Shown: one piece after another, positions 12,902 to 25,855 of the stretch | Numbering within the stretch: position 1 is the stretch's first letter | How the letters are laid out: each line of letters opens with the position of its first letter | Source of the DNA: Candidatus Deferrimicrobiaceae bacterium | Lineage (GTDB): Bacteria; Desulfobacterota; Deferrimicrobia; Deferrimicrobiales; Deferrimicrobiaceae | Length of the DNA stretch: 64,000 nucleotides | Reading direction: 5' to 3' | Assembly (NCBI GenBank): GCA_963792415.1 | Contig: CAWBVY010000010.1 | Coordinates: 32,001-96,000 of the forward strand | Position numbers and translations under genes: made by a program | Notes under the pieces: model-generated | Told to the model about the DNA's origin: nothing | Seen by the model: the letters and a program-made list of their open reading frames with translations, nothing else | Database searches by the model: none

Positions 12902-14184
12902 TCGGGGGCCCCCTCGGTGACTTCGGCGTTTTCCATTAAAAACCGCATCACTTTCCGCTCCAGAAGCCGGTCGCGCAACGCGTCCATCAACTCCTCGGAG
13001 CTGTAGGTCTCCCGGACCTTCTCGTACTCGATTCCCTGGGCTTCCGCCATCGCCTTCATCTCCGCGTCGATCTCGGGGAATGCGACGTCCAGGTTCTCCT
13101 GCCGGGCGATGGCGTCGATCAGCAGCCCCACCCGCACCATCCGTTCGCCGCTTGGCGCGAGCCGCTCGGACATCTTATCGACGTCCAGGCTCATTTTCTT
13201 TAAATCCACCCCCTGCGACCCCATCTTCTCCACGGTGTCGCGGATCATCGCCATGGTCTGGCGCTTCACCAGGGTGGCGGGGACCTCGAAGACGTTCCGT
13301 TCGGCCAGCCCCTTTCGCAGAAGTTCCTCGGCCCCGCGCAGGGACCGGTTCTCGGCTTCCGCGACGAGTCGCTGCCGCATCTTCACCCGCAGGTCGTCCA
13401 GGTCCGCCACATCGCCGAACTGTTTCGCGAATTCGTCATCCAGGTCGGGGAGTCTCCTCTCCCGGACGTTGCCGACCTTCACCTCGAACGCCACGGTCTT
13501 TCCGGCGTATTTCGGTACAGGGTGCTCCGCGGGGAAGGTGATCTCGAAGGCACGGGTATCCCCGGCGCCGACCCCGAGCATCTTTTCCTCGAACTCCCTC
13601 CCGAACGGGATGCCGTTGGAAAGGACGATCGCGACGTTGTCGTTGCTGTCGACCGTTTCGCCGCCCGCGGTCGCCGTGAACCCGAACTCCGCCAGATCGC
13701 CGATCCGGGCCTTGCGCCCTTCCTCGGGCATGAATTGCGCGTACGGGGTGCGAAGGCGCTCGATCGCCGCCGCCACGTCCTCGTCGGTCACGCTCACCTT
13801 CTCCCTGTACACGGGGATCCCCTTGTACTCCTTCGCCTCGATTTCCGGGACCACCTCCACCGTGGCGGAGAAGACGAAATTCTCCCCCTCGACCAACTTG
13901 GCGGCGTCCACGGCGCCCATGGAAACCACCTTGAGGTCCTTCTCCTTCATCACCTCGGTGAGCGACTCCTTCACCAGATGCTCCGACACCTCGGCCTCGA
14001 CCGAGTCGCGGAACATCCGCTTCACCATCTCTACCGGAGCCTTCCCCTTGCGGAACCCCCGCACCGGAACCATCCTGCGGATTTCCGTGAACTGCTGCTC
14101 GATCCGGCGGTCCACCTCTTCCGCCGGGATTTCGACCGTGATCTTCCGTTCGACGCCGGAAACGGCGTCCACGCTGGTTTTCAT
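12898..14184 (-). CDS. tig: Trigger factor
   Basis: GFRKGKAP ribosome-binding motif; canonical tig-clpP-clpX-lon order. Confidence 0.95.
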   Translation of the reverse strand: MKTSVDAVSGVERKITVEIPAEEVDRRIEQQFTEIRRMVPVRGFRKGKAPVEMVKRMFRDSVEAEVSEHLVKESLTEVMKEKDLKVVSMGAVDAAKLVEGENFVFSATVEVVPEIEAKEYKGIPVYREKVSVTDEDVAAAIERLRTPYAQFMPEEGRKARIGDLAEFGFTATAGGETVDSNDNVAIVLSNGIPFGREFEEKMLGVGAGDTRAFEITFPAEHPVPKYAGKTVAFEVKVGNVRERRLPDLDDEFAKQFGDVADLDDLRVKMRQRLVAEAENRSLRGAEELLRKGLAERNVFEVPATLVKRQTMAMIRDTVEKMGSQGVDLKKMSLDVDKMSERLAPSGERMVRVGLLIDAIARQENLDVAFPEIDAEMKAMAEAQGIEYEKVRETYSSEELMDALRDRLLERKVMRFLMENAEVTEGAPE

Positions 14185-14230
14185 CGCTGTGCGGTTCCCC
14201 TTTTCCCTTCGATGAGGTTCGACGGCAACC

Positions 14231-14312
14231 TGGTGCGAGAGGAGGGACTTGAACCCTCACGGTTGCCCACCGGATCCTAAATCCGGCGCGTCTGCCATTC
14301 CGCCACTCTCGC
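14231..14312 (-). tRNA. tRNA-Leu (TAG)
   Basis: GCGAGAGTGGCGGAATGG...TTTAGGA...GTTCAAGTC...CCA with long variable arm; typical position upstream of tig. Confidence 0.97.
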
Positions 14313-14433
14313 CCCGTTCGACGGAGCCGAACTACGTAGTATAGACGATTCCCCCGGCCGCCTCAATGGCGGACAGCCGGCGGCCGTTCCGGGGGCTTTC
14401 AGGCACTTTCAGGCATTTGCGAGCCGAAGCCCC

Positions 14434-14829
14434 TCATTCGGTGTCTTTCCTGGCGGCGAGCCGGAGCTCCCCGAGGGCCGGCGCCTCCTGGTCGAACTGC
14501 ATTCCGAAGATGTAGTGGCCCGGCGGCGCGTCCGCGGCACGGAACCAGACCACGGTCCCCTGCACCGGGACAGGCGGTTTCCCCTCCGGAAAGATGGTGG
14601 CGTCGATCCGGTTCCGGAAGGTCATGAGGGTGTCGTACATGATGTGGATCCCGTCCGGGGCGAGTCGGGGAGTCACCACGGACATCCCCGTGAGGGAGAC
14701 GTCCTGGGCGTCCCCGGTGACGGGGGAGGAAACCCGCCCGGGATCCTTTCCGCTTCGCACTGTAAAAATGACGGTGGCCACTGGACGATACCGCTCCTTC
14801 TCTCTTCGTTCCCGGCGGAATAAGGTCAT
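14434..14829 (-). CDS. PilZ domain protein
   Basis: REKER (RxxxR) and DVSLTG (DxSxxG) c-di-GMP motifs, GTVVW...FGMQF; ATGA overlap with the upstream gene. Confidence 0.8.
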   Translation of the reverse strand: MTLFRRERREKERYRPVATVIFTVRSGKDPGRVSSPVTGDAQDVSLTGMSVVTPRLAPDGIHIMYDTLMTFRNRIDATIFPEGKPPVPVQGTVVWFRAADAPPGHYIFGMQFDQEAPALGELRLAARKDTE

Positions 14830-16577
14830 CGGGCCGGGCCTTCCTTCCCTTCCTCGTCGAGACGGCGGAGCCCTTCCATCATGAGCTGCATCTCGTCCAT
14901 CTCGATCGTGCGGAGCTTCGTCAACTGCCCGTGCGCGATGACGAACGGCCCCTCCTGCCAGCGTAGCATCTCGTAGAAGGCCTGCTCCCCCGAGAGGGGC
15001 CCCAGCTCGGCATGCCGGATCCGTCCGTTCTCGAACCAGATCTTCCCTTCGCCGCCCTTGCCGGTGACGCGGACACAGGCGGTCTTCAGGCCCAGGTGAA
15101 GGGTCTGGGCGATGTCGGGGATGCCGAGGTTTCTCAGGTCCCCCGCCACTCCCGCGGCCTGGACGGTTCCCGACGCCCCCTTGCGCCACTTCGCGTCGCG
15201 CCGGATGACGTTCCGGATCCGCGCGGCCAGCTCCTTGAGGTCGACCGGCTTGATGAGGAAATCCTCGGCGCCCAGGTGCAGCGCGTCGACCTTGGTCTGC
15301 GACTCGTCCATGCCGCTCAGGAAGATGAGGGGGGTGTCTCCCCAGGGGGCGTTCGCCTCCCGCATCTTGCGGAACATCGCGATCCCGTCCATCCCCGGCA
15401 TTACCACGTCGGCCACGACCAGGTCGGGCGGATCCTTCTGCATCGCGGCCAGCGCGTTCTCGGCGCTGTCCGCGGCGACGACGTCGAACCCCTCGTTCAC
15501 GAGCTTCAGCTTCAGGAGCATGAGGTAGTCGATCTCGTCGTCGACCATCAGGATCCTCGGCTTCGGCCCAAGCCCGCGGAAGTGGAACTTCCGGTCCACG
15601 ATGGAGGTGAACAGCTCCACCACCTCGGGGTCGAACTGGGTCCCGACGTTCTTGTGGAGCTCCTGGATCGCCTCCTCGCGCGTGAGGCTCCGACTGCGGT
15701 ACGGGCGGTGGGCGGTCATCGCGGTGAAGGCGTCGACCACGGCCAGGATCCGCGCGCCGATCGGGATCTCCCGCCCCTTTAGTCCGCTCGGGTACCCTTT
15801 CCCGTCGTACCGCTCGTGGTGGTGGATGATGATCGGCTTGATCTTCCACGGGAATTCGATCGAGTCGATGATCTTCGCCCCGTTTTCGCAGTGGGACCGG
15901 ACCATCTTGAACTCCGACTCCGAGATCTCATGCTTGCCGACCAGGATGTCGCTCTTGATGCCGACCCGGCCGATGTCGTGGAGGAGCGCCCCGACCACGA
16001 TCTCGTCCACCGTCTCCCGGTCCAGCTTCATCTCCTCGGCCACGAAGCGGGCGTACTCCATCGTGATGTGGGAGTTCCCCCCGAAGAACGGGTCGTTCAC
16101 CTCGAGCAGGCTGACCAGGACGTCGACCGTCTCGATCAGGCATTTCTTGAGCCGCGCATCCTCGCCGACCGGCTTCGTGACCGCCGGCCGGGCCACGGAG
16201 GACGCGCGGAGGAGTTCGACGATTTCCCTCTGGTCGAGGATGAAGTCGGACGTGCCGAACCGGAGGACGTCGTCGGAGCTGCGGATCGTCGTGAAGGAGG
16301 AGAGGACGACGACGCGGGTCTTCGGGGAGACGCGGGTGAGGCGCCGCTTGAACTCGACGCCGGAGTAGTCGGGAAGGAACAGTTCGACGAGGGCGGTGTC
16401 GAAGGACGCGCTCCCGGCGATCTTCAGGGCCTCCGTGCCGGATGCCGCGAGCGCGACGTGGAACCCCTCCTCGGAGAGGAGGTTCGCCAGCATGTCCCGC
16501 ACCGACGGGTCATTGCTGACGACCAGGACCGGGATTCGGGCTTCCCGCGACGGTTCCATGTCAGCCCTCCCGGACAT
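14826..16577 (-). CDS. REC-HD-GYP-REC-DUF4388 signalling protein (c-di-GMP phosphodiesterase)
   Basis: LLHDIG, HHERYDGKGYP, two receiver domains, C-terminal G.L...I.D...G.IWFENG (DUF4388/PatA-like). Confidence 0.88.
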   Translation of the reverse strand: MSGRADMEPSREARIPVLVVSNDPSVRDMLANLLSEEGFHVALAASGTEALKIAGSASFDTALVELFLPDYSGVEFKRRLTRVSPKTRVVVLSSFTTIRSSDDVLRFGTSDFILDQREIVELLRASSVARPAVTKPVGEDARLKKCLIETVDVLVSLLEVNDPFFGGNSHITMEYARFVAEEMKLDRETVDEIVVGALLHDIGRVGIKSDILVGKHEISESEFKMVRSHCENGAKIIDSIEFPWKIKPIIIHHHERYDGKGYPSGLKGREIPIGARILAVVDAFTAMTAHRPYRSRSLTREEAIQELHKNVGTQFDPEVVELFTSIVDRKFHFRGLGPKPRILMVDDEIDYLMLLKLKLVNEGFDVVAADSAENALAAMQKDPPDLVVADVVMPGMDGIAMFRKMREANAPWGDTPLIFLSGMDESQTKVDALHLGAEDFLIKPVDLKELAARIRNVIRRDAKWRKGASGTVQAAGVAGDLRNLGIPDIAQTLHLGLKTACVRVTGKGGEGKIWFENGRIRHAELGPLSGEQAFYEMLRWQEGPFVIAHGQLTKLRTIEMDEMQLMMEGLRRLDEEGKEGPAR

Positions 16578-18099
16578 CGATGCCCGTCATTTCCGCGGGA
16601 ACGGGCAGCGCAAGAAGACCGAGGATCGTGGGGGCGAGGTCCTCGAGCGCGCGGTCTTCCCGCAGCCTCGCGCCGACGGCCCGCGGGTCGGCGAGGACGA
16701 GGGGGACGGGGTTCGTCGTGTGCGCGGTGAACGGATCGCCGGTCTTCGGGTCGACCATCTGCTCGGCGTTGCCGTGGTCGGCGGTCACGAGCGCCACCCC
16801 ACCGGCCTCCCACACCGTCTCGACGACCCGCTGCAGGCTCCGGTCCACCGCCTCGATCGCCTGGATCGCCGCCGGGAGAACGCCCGTGTGCCCAACCATG
16901 TCGCCGTTGGCGAAGTTGAGGACCATCAGGGCGTGCTTTCGCGAGGAGATCTCGGCCACGGCGCGCTCGCCGACCTCGTACGCGCTCATCTCGGGTTTCA
17001 GGTCGTAGGTCGACACGGACGGCGACGGGATCAGGATCCGCGACTCCCCGGGGTAGACCGTCTCCTCCCCGCCGTTGAAGAAGTACGTGACGTGGGCGTA
17101 CTTTTCCGTCTCGGCGATCCGGAGGTTCGGAAGACCCGCGTCGGCCAGCGCCCGCGCGAGGAGGTTGTCGAGCCGCTGCGTGGGAAAGGCCGCGGGAAGC
17201 CCGAACGTCTCGTCGTAGACGGTCATGCAGGCGTAGTCGAGGGAGAGCCGCTCGGGGCGGGGGAAGCGGTCGAACGTCTCCTGCGTGAGCGCCCGGGTGA
17301 TCTCCCGCGCGCGGTCGGCCCGGAAATTGAAGAAGATCACCGAGTCGCCGGGGGCGATCCGCCCGACCGGCCGTCCGTCCCGCACGATCACCACGGGCTC
17401 GATGAACTCGTCGGTCTTGCCCGCCGCGTAGGACGCGGCGACGGCGGCCACGGGGTCGCCGGAGGTGGCCCCCTCCCCGCGGACCATCGCCTTGTACGCC
17501 CGCTCGAGGCGGTCCCAGCGGTTGTCGCGGTCCATCGTGTAGTACCTCCCGACGACGGTCGCCACCTCCCCGGCGCCGATCTCGGCCGCCTTCGCCAGCA
17601 GGTCGCGGAGGTGGTCGATCCCGCTGTGCGGCGGAGTGTCCCGCCCGTCGAGCACCGGGTGGAGGCACACCCTCGGGACGCCCCGCTCCTTCGCCATCCG
17701 CAGCAGCGCGTACAGGTGCGTGTGAAGGGAGTGCACGCCGCCGTCGGAGAGCAGGCCCACGAGGTGAAGCGCCTTCCCGTTCCGCGTCGCCGCGTCCATG
17801 GCTTTGCCAAGGACGGGGTTCTGGAAGAAGTCGCCGGTCCGGACGGACTTCGAGATCCGGACGAGGTCCTGGTACACGACGCGTCCCGCCCCGATGTTCA
17901 GGTGCCCGACCTCGGAGTTCCCCATCTGGCCGGCCGGGAGACCCACGCGCTCCTCCGAGGCGTGGATCAGGGTTCGCGGGAACCCCGCCCAGAGCCGGTC
18001 GAAGAACGGCGTGTCGGCGAGGGCGACCGCGTTCCCTTCCTTCTCTTCGCGATGGCCCCAGCCGTCCAGGATGATCAGCGCGACGAACGGGCGTTTCAT
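16561..18099 (-). CDS. gpmI: 2,3-bisphosphoglycerate-independent phosphoglycerate mutase
   Basis: LDGWG, GQMGNSEVGH, AETEKYAHVT, DMVGHTG. Confidence 0.98.
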   Translation of the reverse strand: MKRPFVALIILDGWGHREEKEGNAVALADTPFFDRLWAGFPRTLIHASEERVGLPAGQMGNSEVGHLNIGAGRVVYQDLVRISKSVRTGDFFQNPVLGKAMDAATRNGKALHLVGLLSDGGVHSLHTHLYALLRMAKERGVPRVCLHPVLDGRDTPPHSGIDHLRDLLAKAAEIGAGEVATVVGRYYTMDRDNRWDRLERAYKAMVRGEGATSGDPVAAVAASYAAGKTDEFIEPVVIVRDGRPVGRIAPGDSVIFFNFRADRAREITRALTQETFDRFPRPERLSLDYACMTVYDETFGLPAAFPTQRLDNLLARALADAGLPNLRIAETEKYAHVTYFFNGGEETVYPGESRILIPSPSVSTYDLKPEMSAYEVGERAVAEISSRKHALMVLNFANGDMVGHTGVLPAAIQAIEAVDRSLQRVVETVWEAGGVALVTADHGNAEQMVDPKTGDPFTAHTTNPVPLVLADPRAVGARLREDRALEDLAPTILGLLALPVPAEMTGIDVREG

Positions 18100-18100
18100 C

Positions 18101-19399
<1,299 letters not shown>

Positions 19400-19421
19400 C
19401 TATCGATGTCCATGGCCCGAA

Positions 19422-19886
19422 TTACGGATGAACGAATTCCTTGCCGCCTTCGCGGACCGAGAGCACGGGGCACGGCGCCATGCGAACGACCTTCTCGGCG
19501 GTGCTGCCGAAGATCACGCGCTCCACCCCGGTGCGGCCGTGCGTCCCGATGACGATCAGCCCGGCCCCGCACTCCCTGGCTTCGCGGACGATCTCCCGGT
19601 AGGGAACGCCGGAGGCCGTCCGGGTCTCCACTCCCGGGAGTCCGTCGAAGTGGGCCTTGAGGAACGCTTCCATCCCCTCGCGGGCGTACTGCTCCATCCG
19701 TCCCCGGAGCAGCTCGAGCGGGACCTCGCCCCGGAACATCGGGTCGAGCGCCGCGGGTTCGTCGAGGACGTGGAGCACGATCAGGCGGGAACCGAAGCAC
19801 TCGGCCAGCTGGCGCGCCGCCCGGGCCGCCTCGGCGGAACATCCGGAAAAGTCGGAAGGCAACAGTATCGTCTCGAACATGACCAC
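19422..19886 (-). CDS. Universal stress protein (UspA family)
   Basis: ILLPSDFS; GTHGRTG...FGSTAEKVVR..PCPVL. Confidence 0.92.
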   Translation of the reverse strand: MVMFETILLPSDFSGCSAEAARAARQLAECFGSRLIVLHVLDEPAALDPMFRGEVPLELLRGRMEQYAREGMEAFLKAHFDGLPGVETRTASGVPYREIVREARECGAGLIVIGTHGRTGVERVIFGSTAEKVVRMAPCPVLSVREGGKEFVHP

Positions 19887-19900
19887 CCCCCGGAATGGAA

Positions 19901-19933
19901 ACGCCCCGGCCGGATACCGGTTCGGCCGGGGCG
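19901..19933 (-). terminator. Hairpin downstream of the HU gene
   Basis: CGCCCCGGCC / GGCCGGGGCG inverted repeat. Confidence 0.5.
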
Positions 19934-19979
19934 CGAAATCTATCGGAGAGGCAACTGCCGGATCGGACGCAGGCGCGCC

Positions 19980-20264
19980 TTACTTCTTCTTCCCGCCGAC
20001 CGCTTCCTTGAGCCCCTTCCCCGCGGTGAACTTGGGAACCTTGGCCGCCTTGATCTTGATCGCCTCGCCCGTCTGGGGGTTGCGCCCCGTGCGGGCTTTC
20101 CGGTTGCTGACGCTGAACGTACCGAAGCCGGTCAGCGTGAGCTTGTCGCCCTTCTTCAAGCTCTTGGTGACCGCGTTGAGAAACGCCGCGACCGCGTCTT
20201 CGGCCTGCCCTTTCCCGATCCCTGCGCCTTCGCGAACGGCCTCGACCAGTTCCGCCTTCGTCAT
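19980..20264 (-). CDS. hup: DNA-binding protein HU
   Basis: MTKAELV, GFGTF, RTGRNPQTG. Confidence 0.96.
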   Translation of the reverse strand: MTKAELVEAVREGAGIGKGQAEDAVAAFLNAVTKSLKKGDKLTLTGFGTFSVSNRKARTGRNPQTGEAIKIKAAKVPKFTAGKGLKEAVGGKKK

Positions 20265-20451
20265 CTGCCGTACCTCCTGAAGTTATTGTGACGTCCCCGG
20301 AATCCGGGAAAAACGCCGATGGAGCGCAATGGAAGTTGATTTCATTAATCCCGAAAGACGCCCGCGTGTCAAGGGCTAAACGGCCGGGAAGAAATCGCCC
20401 CGGCGGCCGGAAACATTGGAATGGGAACCCGAGTTGCTATAATTAAGGGTC

Positions 20452-21420
20452 ATGCCATCGCGCCGCCGGCTTCTCATCTGCATGGGCCTCTCCATGCTCT
20501 TCCACATCCTCATCCTCCTGCTGGCATACCTGTTCCCCGCAACGCCCCGCCGCCCGGAAGAGGTCATGGAGATCGACCTCTCGGACATCCCGCGCGCGAC
20601 GGATTTCCTGCCGGCGGAGCGCGGCATCCTCGAGAGCCGGCCGCCGCGCCCCGCGCCTCCCCCGCCGGCGAGAAAGGCGGTACCGGTTCCCCCGGCGATG
20701 CAAGGGCGCGTACCGGACCTCCCCGTGAAGCCGGACCTGCCGCCCGAGGAGAAGTTCCCGGTCAGCGCGCGGAAAGCGGAACCGGCCGGCGAGGCGGAAG
20801 GCCCGAAAGGGCCGAAAGGAAAGGACGCCGGCGCGCGCGAGGCGAAGGCGGAGCCGACGCGCTCCCCCGCGACGCCGGGGAGCGCCCCCGGGGAAAGCCG
20901 CTCACCGGAAAGCGCCCCGCCGAAGTCGCTGCGGGACCTCACGCCTTCCCTCGGAAGGATGGTGATGGCGCGCCGGGAGCCGTCGGGAGGCCGCGGGCAG
21001 GGAGCGGCGGCGGGGGACGCCGTGGGCACCGGGGGAAAGGTGACCGGCGAGGAGGGCGTCACCGAGGAGGGGGGCGGCGGGTTCCGCCTGACGCCGCTGA
21101 ACGCGCCGGAGGTCCAGTACATCTCGTATTTCGCGTCGATCAAGCGGAAGATCGAGCTGGTGTGGCAATACCCGTACGAAGCCGCGGTGGCCGGGATTCA
21201 GGGCGAGCTGACCCTCGATTTCGTGATCGCGCGCAGCGGAGCGCTGAATTCGGTCGAACTGGTCCGCAGCTCGGGGTCGAAGATCCTCGACGACGAGGCG
21301 ATCCGTTCCCTCCGCGTGGCGGCCCCGTTCGATCCGATCCCCGCCGATTACAAGATCGACAGGCTGCAGATCCGCGGCCGCTTCGTCTACGTTCACGGCG
21401 GGGCGCTTCGGCTCCGCTGA
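20452..21420 (+). CDS. TonB-family energy transducer
   Basis: TM helix with S...H, Pro-rich linker, YP..A...GIQG...SSG...LD C-terminal domain. Confidence 0.85.
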   Translation: MPSRRRLLICMGLSMLFHILILLLAYLFPATPRRPEEVMEIDLSDIPRATDFLPAERGILESRPPRPAPPPPARKAVPVPPAMQGRVPDLPVKPDLPPEEKFPVSARKAEPAGEAEGPKGPKGKDAGAREAKAEPTRSPATPGSAPGESRSPESAPPKSLRDLTPSLGRMVMARREPSGGRGQGAAAGDAVGTGGKVTGEEGVTEEGGGGFRLTPLNAPEVQYISYFASIKRKIELVWQYPYEAAVAGIQGELTLDFVIARSGALNSVELVRSSGSKILDDEAIRSLRVAAPFDPIPADYKIDRLQIRGRFVYVHGGALRLR

Positions 21421-21824
21421 CCCGGGGAACCTGCGTCGGTTTCCCCTCCGACGAACCCGGCGTACTCCTCTTCGGTAAGCAGGCCGTCGATCTCTTCACG
21501 TGCGGCCGGGCGGATCGACAGCAGCCACCCCTCGCCGTACGGATCCTCCGTCACCTTCCGCGGGGCGCTCTCCGTCTCCGGGTTGACGGCGACCACGATT
21601 CCCGAGAGCGGAGACCGGAGTTCGAACACGGTAGTGGTGGATTCGACCAGCCCGATCGGCTCCCCGGCGGAAATCTCCGTCAGCGGGGGGGGAAGCTCCA
21701 CGGAGACGACGTCCCCGAGGAACGCTCCCGGCACGTGGGTCAGCCCGCAGCGCACGTCGCCGGAACCGCCCGGCATCGCCCAGGCGTGGGACCGCGAATA
21801 GCGGCGGTCCGGCGGCGGGTGCAT
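21393..21824 (-). CDS. GcvH-like protein lacking the lipoyl lysine
   Basis: YSRSHAW, LGDVVSVELP, SPLSG.VVAVN, DPYGEGWL; VESTTTV in place of VESVKA. Confidence 0.8.
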   Translation of the reverse strand: MHPPPDRRYSRSHAWAMPGGSGDVRCGLTHVPGAFLGDVVSVELPPPLTEISAGEPIGLVESTTTVFELRSPLSGIVVAVNPETESAPRKVTEDPYGEGWLLSIRPAAREEIDGLLTEEEYAGFVGGETDAGSPGQRSRSAPP

Positions 21825-21832
21825 CGCGGATT

Positions 21833-22693
21833 CTACCCGATGGCCGTGCGGCGGATCGCCGCTTCGCAGGTGTTCTGCATCAGCATCGCGATCGTCATCG
21901 GGCCGACCCCGCCGGGAACGGGGGAGAGGAGCCCCGCCACCTCCTTCGCCTCGTCGAAGGCGACGTCGCCGCAAAGCTTCCCAGCGGCGTTCCGGTTCAT
22001 CCCGACGTCGATCACGACGGCCCCCGGCTTGATCCAGGAGCCCCGGATCATCTCCGCCCGGCCCACCGCCGCCACCACCACGTCCCCGGTCCGGACCACG
22101 GAGGGAAGGTCGACGGTGCGGGAGTGGCAGATCGTCACGGTCGCGTGCCGCGAAAGGAGAAGCATCGCCGCCGGCTTCCCGACGATGTTGCTGCGTCCGA
22201 CGACGACCGCGTGCTTCCCTTTCAACTCCACTTTTTCGTAGTCGAGCATGGTCAGGATTCCGTACGGCGTGCACGGGAGGAACGAGGTGCCGCCCGTGAA
22301 GAGGCGTCCGGCGTTCACCGGATGGAAGCCGTCGACGTCCTTGGCCGGATCGACCGCCTCGATCACCTTGGATTCGACGATCTGCTTCGGAAGGGGGAGC
22401 TGCACGAGGATTCCGTGGACGGTGTCGTCGGCGTTCAGCCGCGCCACGAGGTCGAGCAGCTCGGACTCCGGGGTGGACGCGGGGAGGTCGATCTGTCGGG
22501 AGAGGAACCCCGCCTCCGAGGCCGCCTTCCCCTTGTTGCGGACATACACCTGCGACGCGGGGTCTTCCCCCACGAGGACGACGGTGAGGCCGGGGCGGAC
22601 CCCCGTGCGGGCGGTGAACTCCGCCACCCGCTCCTTGACGCCGGCCCGGACGGACGCGGCGATGGCTTTCCCGTCGATCAACTTGGCGGTCAT
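21833..22693 (-). CDS. folD: Methylenetetrahydrofolate dehydrogenase/cyclohydrolase
   Basis: [31 protein letters not shown]. Confidence 0.98.
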   Translation of the reverse strand: MTAKLIDGKAIAASVRAGVKERVAEFTARTGVRPGLTVVLVGEDPASQVYVRNKGKAASEAGFLSRQIDLPASTPESELLDLVARLNADDTVHGILVQLPLPKQIVESKVIEAVDPAKDVDGFHPVNAGRLFTGGTSFLPCTPYGILTMLDYEKVELKGKHAVVVGRSNIVGKPAAMLLLSRHATVTICHSRTVDLPSVVRTGDVVVAAVGRAEMIRGSWIKPGAVVIDVGMNRNAAGKLCGDVAFDEAKEVAGLLSPVPGGVGPMTIAMLMQNTCEAAIRRTAIG

Positions 22694-22727
22694 GGGCGCC
22701 CCCCGGGCCTGTCGAGTCTATCTTACC

Positions 22728-23021
22728 TTAATCGAGTTTCGGGCAGCCGGCGCAGGCGGGAGGGGGCGCTCCGGCCCCGGACGCCGCCGGGCAGGACGCC
22801 GCCGGGGACTCCTTCCCCTTGCCGTTCCCGTCGTCGTGGCTCTTCTTCCCGTAGTCGGTCGCGTACCACCCGCTCCCCTTCAGGACGAAGGCGGAGGAGG
22901 AGATCATCTGGTCGACCCTGCCGCCGCAGGAGGGGCACTTCCTCATCGGCCTGTCGTGCGTCCCCTCGATCCGCTCGACGACCGCCTCGCACTTCCGGCA
23001 CCGGTACTCGTGGATGGGCAT
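22728..23021 (-). CDS. FmdB-family zinc ribbon protein
   Basis: MPIHEYRCRKC...CPSCGG...KGSGWYATDY. Confidence 0.9.
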   Translation of the reverse strand: MPIHEYRCRKCEAVVERIEGTHDRPMRKCPSCGGRVDQMISSSAFVLKGSGWYATDYGKKSHDDGNGKGKESPAASCPAASGAGAPPPACAGCPKLD

Positions 23022-23051
23022 GACCCTGTCTCCTCCTTGCCTGGCGAAACG

Positions 23052-23086
23052 AAAAAAGCTCCCCGGGCCGCGACGGCCCGGGGAGC
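23052..23086 (-). terminator. groEL intrinsic terminator
   Basis: GCTCCCCGGGCCG / CGGCCCGGGGAGC stem followed by T6 on the minus strand. Confidence 0.85.
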
Positions 23087-23106
23087 GGTACCGCTATTTC
23101 TCCATT

Positions 23107-25072
<1,966 letters not shown>

Positions 25073-25121
25073 GCTGTTTCCTCCCTCACCCTTGAAATTG
25101 GTCCATGTGGCCTGACGGCAG

Positions 25122-25148
25122 TTAGCACTCGTTCGAGTTGAGTGCTAA
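25122..25148. promoter_or_regulatory. CIRCE element (HrcA operator)
   Basis: Perfect TTAGCACTC-N9-GAGTGCTAA upstream of groES. Confidence 0.95.
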
Positions 25149-25153
25149 CAGCG

Positions 25154-25183
25154 ATCATACCGAAGACCATGGAAGGATGTCAA
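25154..25183 (-). promoter_or_regulatory. sigma70 promoter of groESL
   Basis: TTGACA-N18-TATGAT immediately upstream of the CIRCE. Confidence 0.75.
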
Positions 25184-25290
25184 GGGGATACGGAAAAAAG
25201 GAGCTTTATTCTATAAACGCTATATTATCAATACGTTTCAGCAGAACCGGAAGCCGCGCTGCAGCAGAACGGGAAGCCGGAGGGACCGTT

Positions 25291-25563
25291 TTATAGCTTC
25301 CGGCGGGTGATCTCCTCCTCGAAATATTTCCGGTAGAGGATCTCCCACTCGCGCCCGCCCTCCTGCACTTTGCGGGAAAGCCGCGAGATCCGGTCCCGGG
25401 CGAACGCGTCCACCGCCTCCTCCGCGTCCGCGTACGAATCCAGGACCGCCTTGGCTTCCCGGTGCGCCGCCGCTTCGTCCGGGAAATCGGCGAGCCCCCC
25501 CTTCTGGAGCGCGTTGCGCAGCCGGTGGGAGAGATGGGAGATGCGGGGATCGGTCAGGCGCAC
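25291..25563 (-). CDS. DUF507 family protein
   Basis: MRL...I.HLS...EG.REWEILYRKY.EEE pattern. Confidence 0.75.
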   Translation of the reverse strand: MRLTDPRISHLSHRLRNALQKGGLADFPDEAAAHREAKAVLDSYADAEEAVDAFARDRISRLSRKVQEGGREWEILYRKYFEEEITRRKL

Positions 25564-25573
25564 GGCGTTCTCC

Positions 25574-25855
25574 TCACAGGACGACGTCCCGCTCCCTGGC
25601 GAGACGTTCCTTGATCTTCTGGAACAGGACGCGGCTGTTCGCCTGGGACCCTTCGATCTTCCCCATGTGCTTCTCCAGGAGCGCCTCCGCCTCGCGGTCG
25701 AGCTCCGCCTCGCGCTGGATGTCCTTCTGGATCTCCCCGGTCATCCGGGAGAGGAGCGCCTCGTCGGACGCTTTCGGGTGGATCAACCCCTTCGCCTTCC
25801 AGCGGGCCAGGATCGCGGCGCAGAGACGCCGGACCAGATCATCGGTGAACCTCAA
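25574..25855 (-). CDS. DUF507 family protein (paralog)
   Basis: E..LDREAE.LL...LFQKIKERLARER.VVL; TTG start in a TTGA overlap. Confidence 0.75.
   Translation of the reverse strand: MRFTDDLVRRLCAAILARWKAKGLIHPKASDEALLSRMTGEIQKDIQREAELDREAEALLEKHMGKIEGSQANSRVLFQKIKERLARERDVVL

Noticed and set aside
14434-15849. Apparent 471-aa PilZ fusion
   Set aside because: Only the last 131 aa are coding; the rest overlaps the HD-GYP gene out of frame
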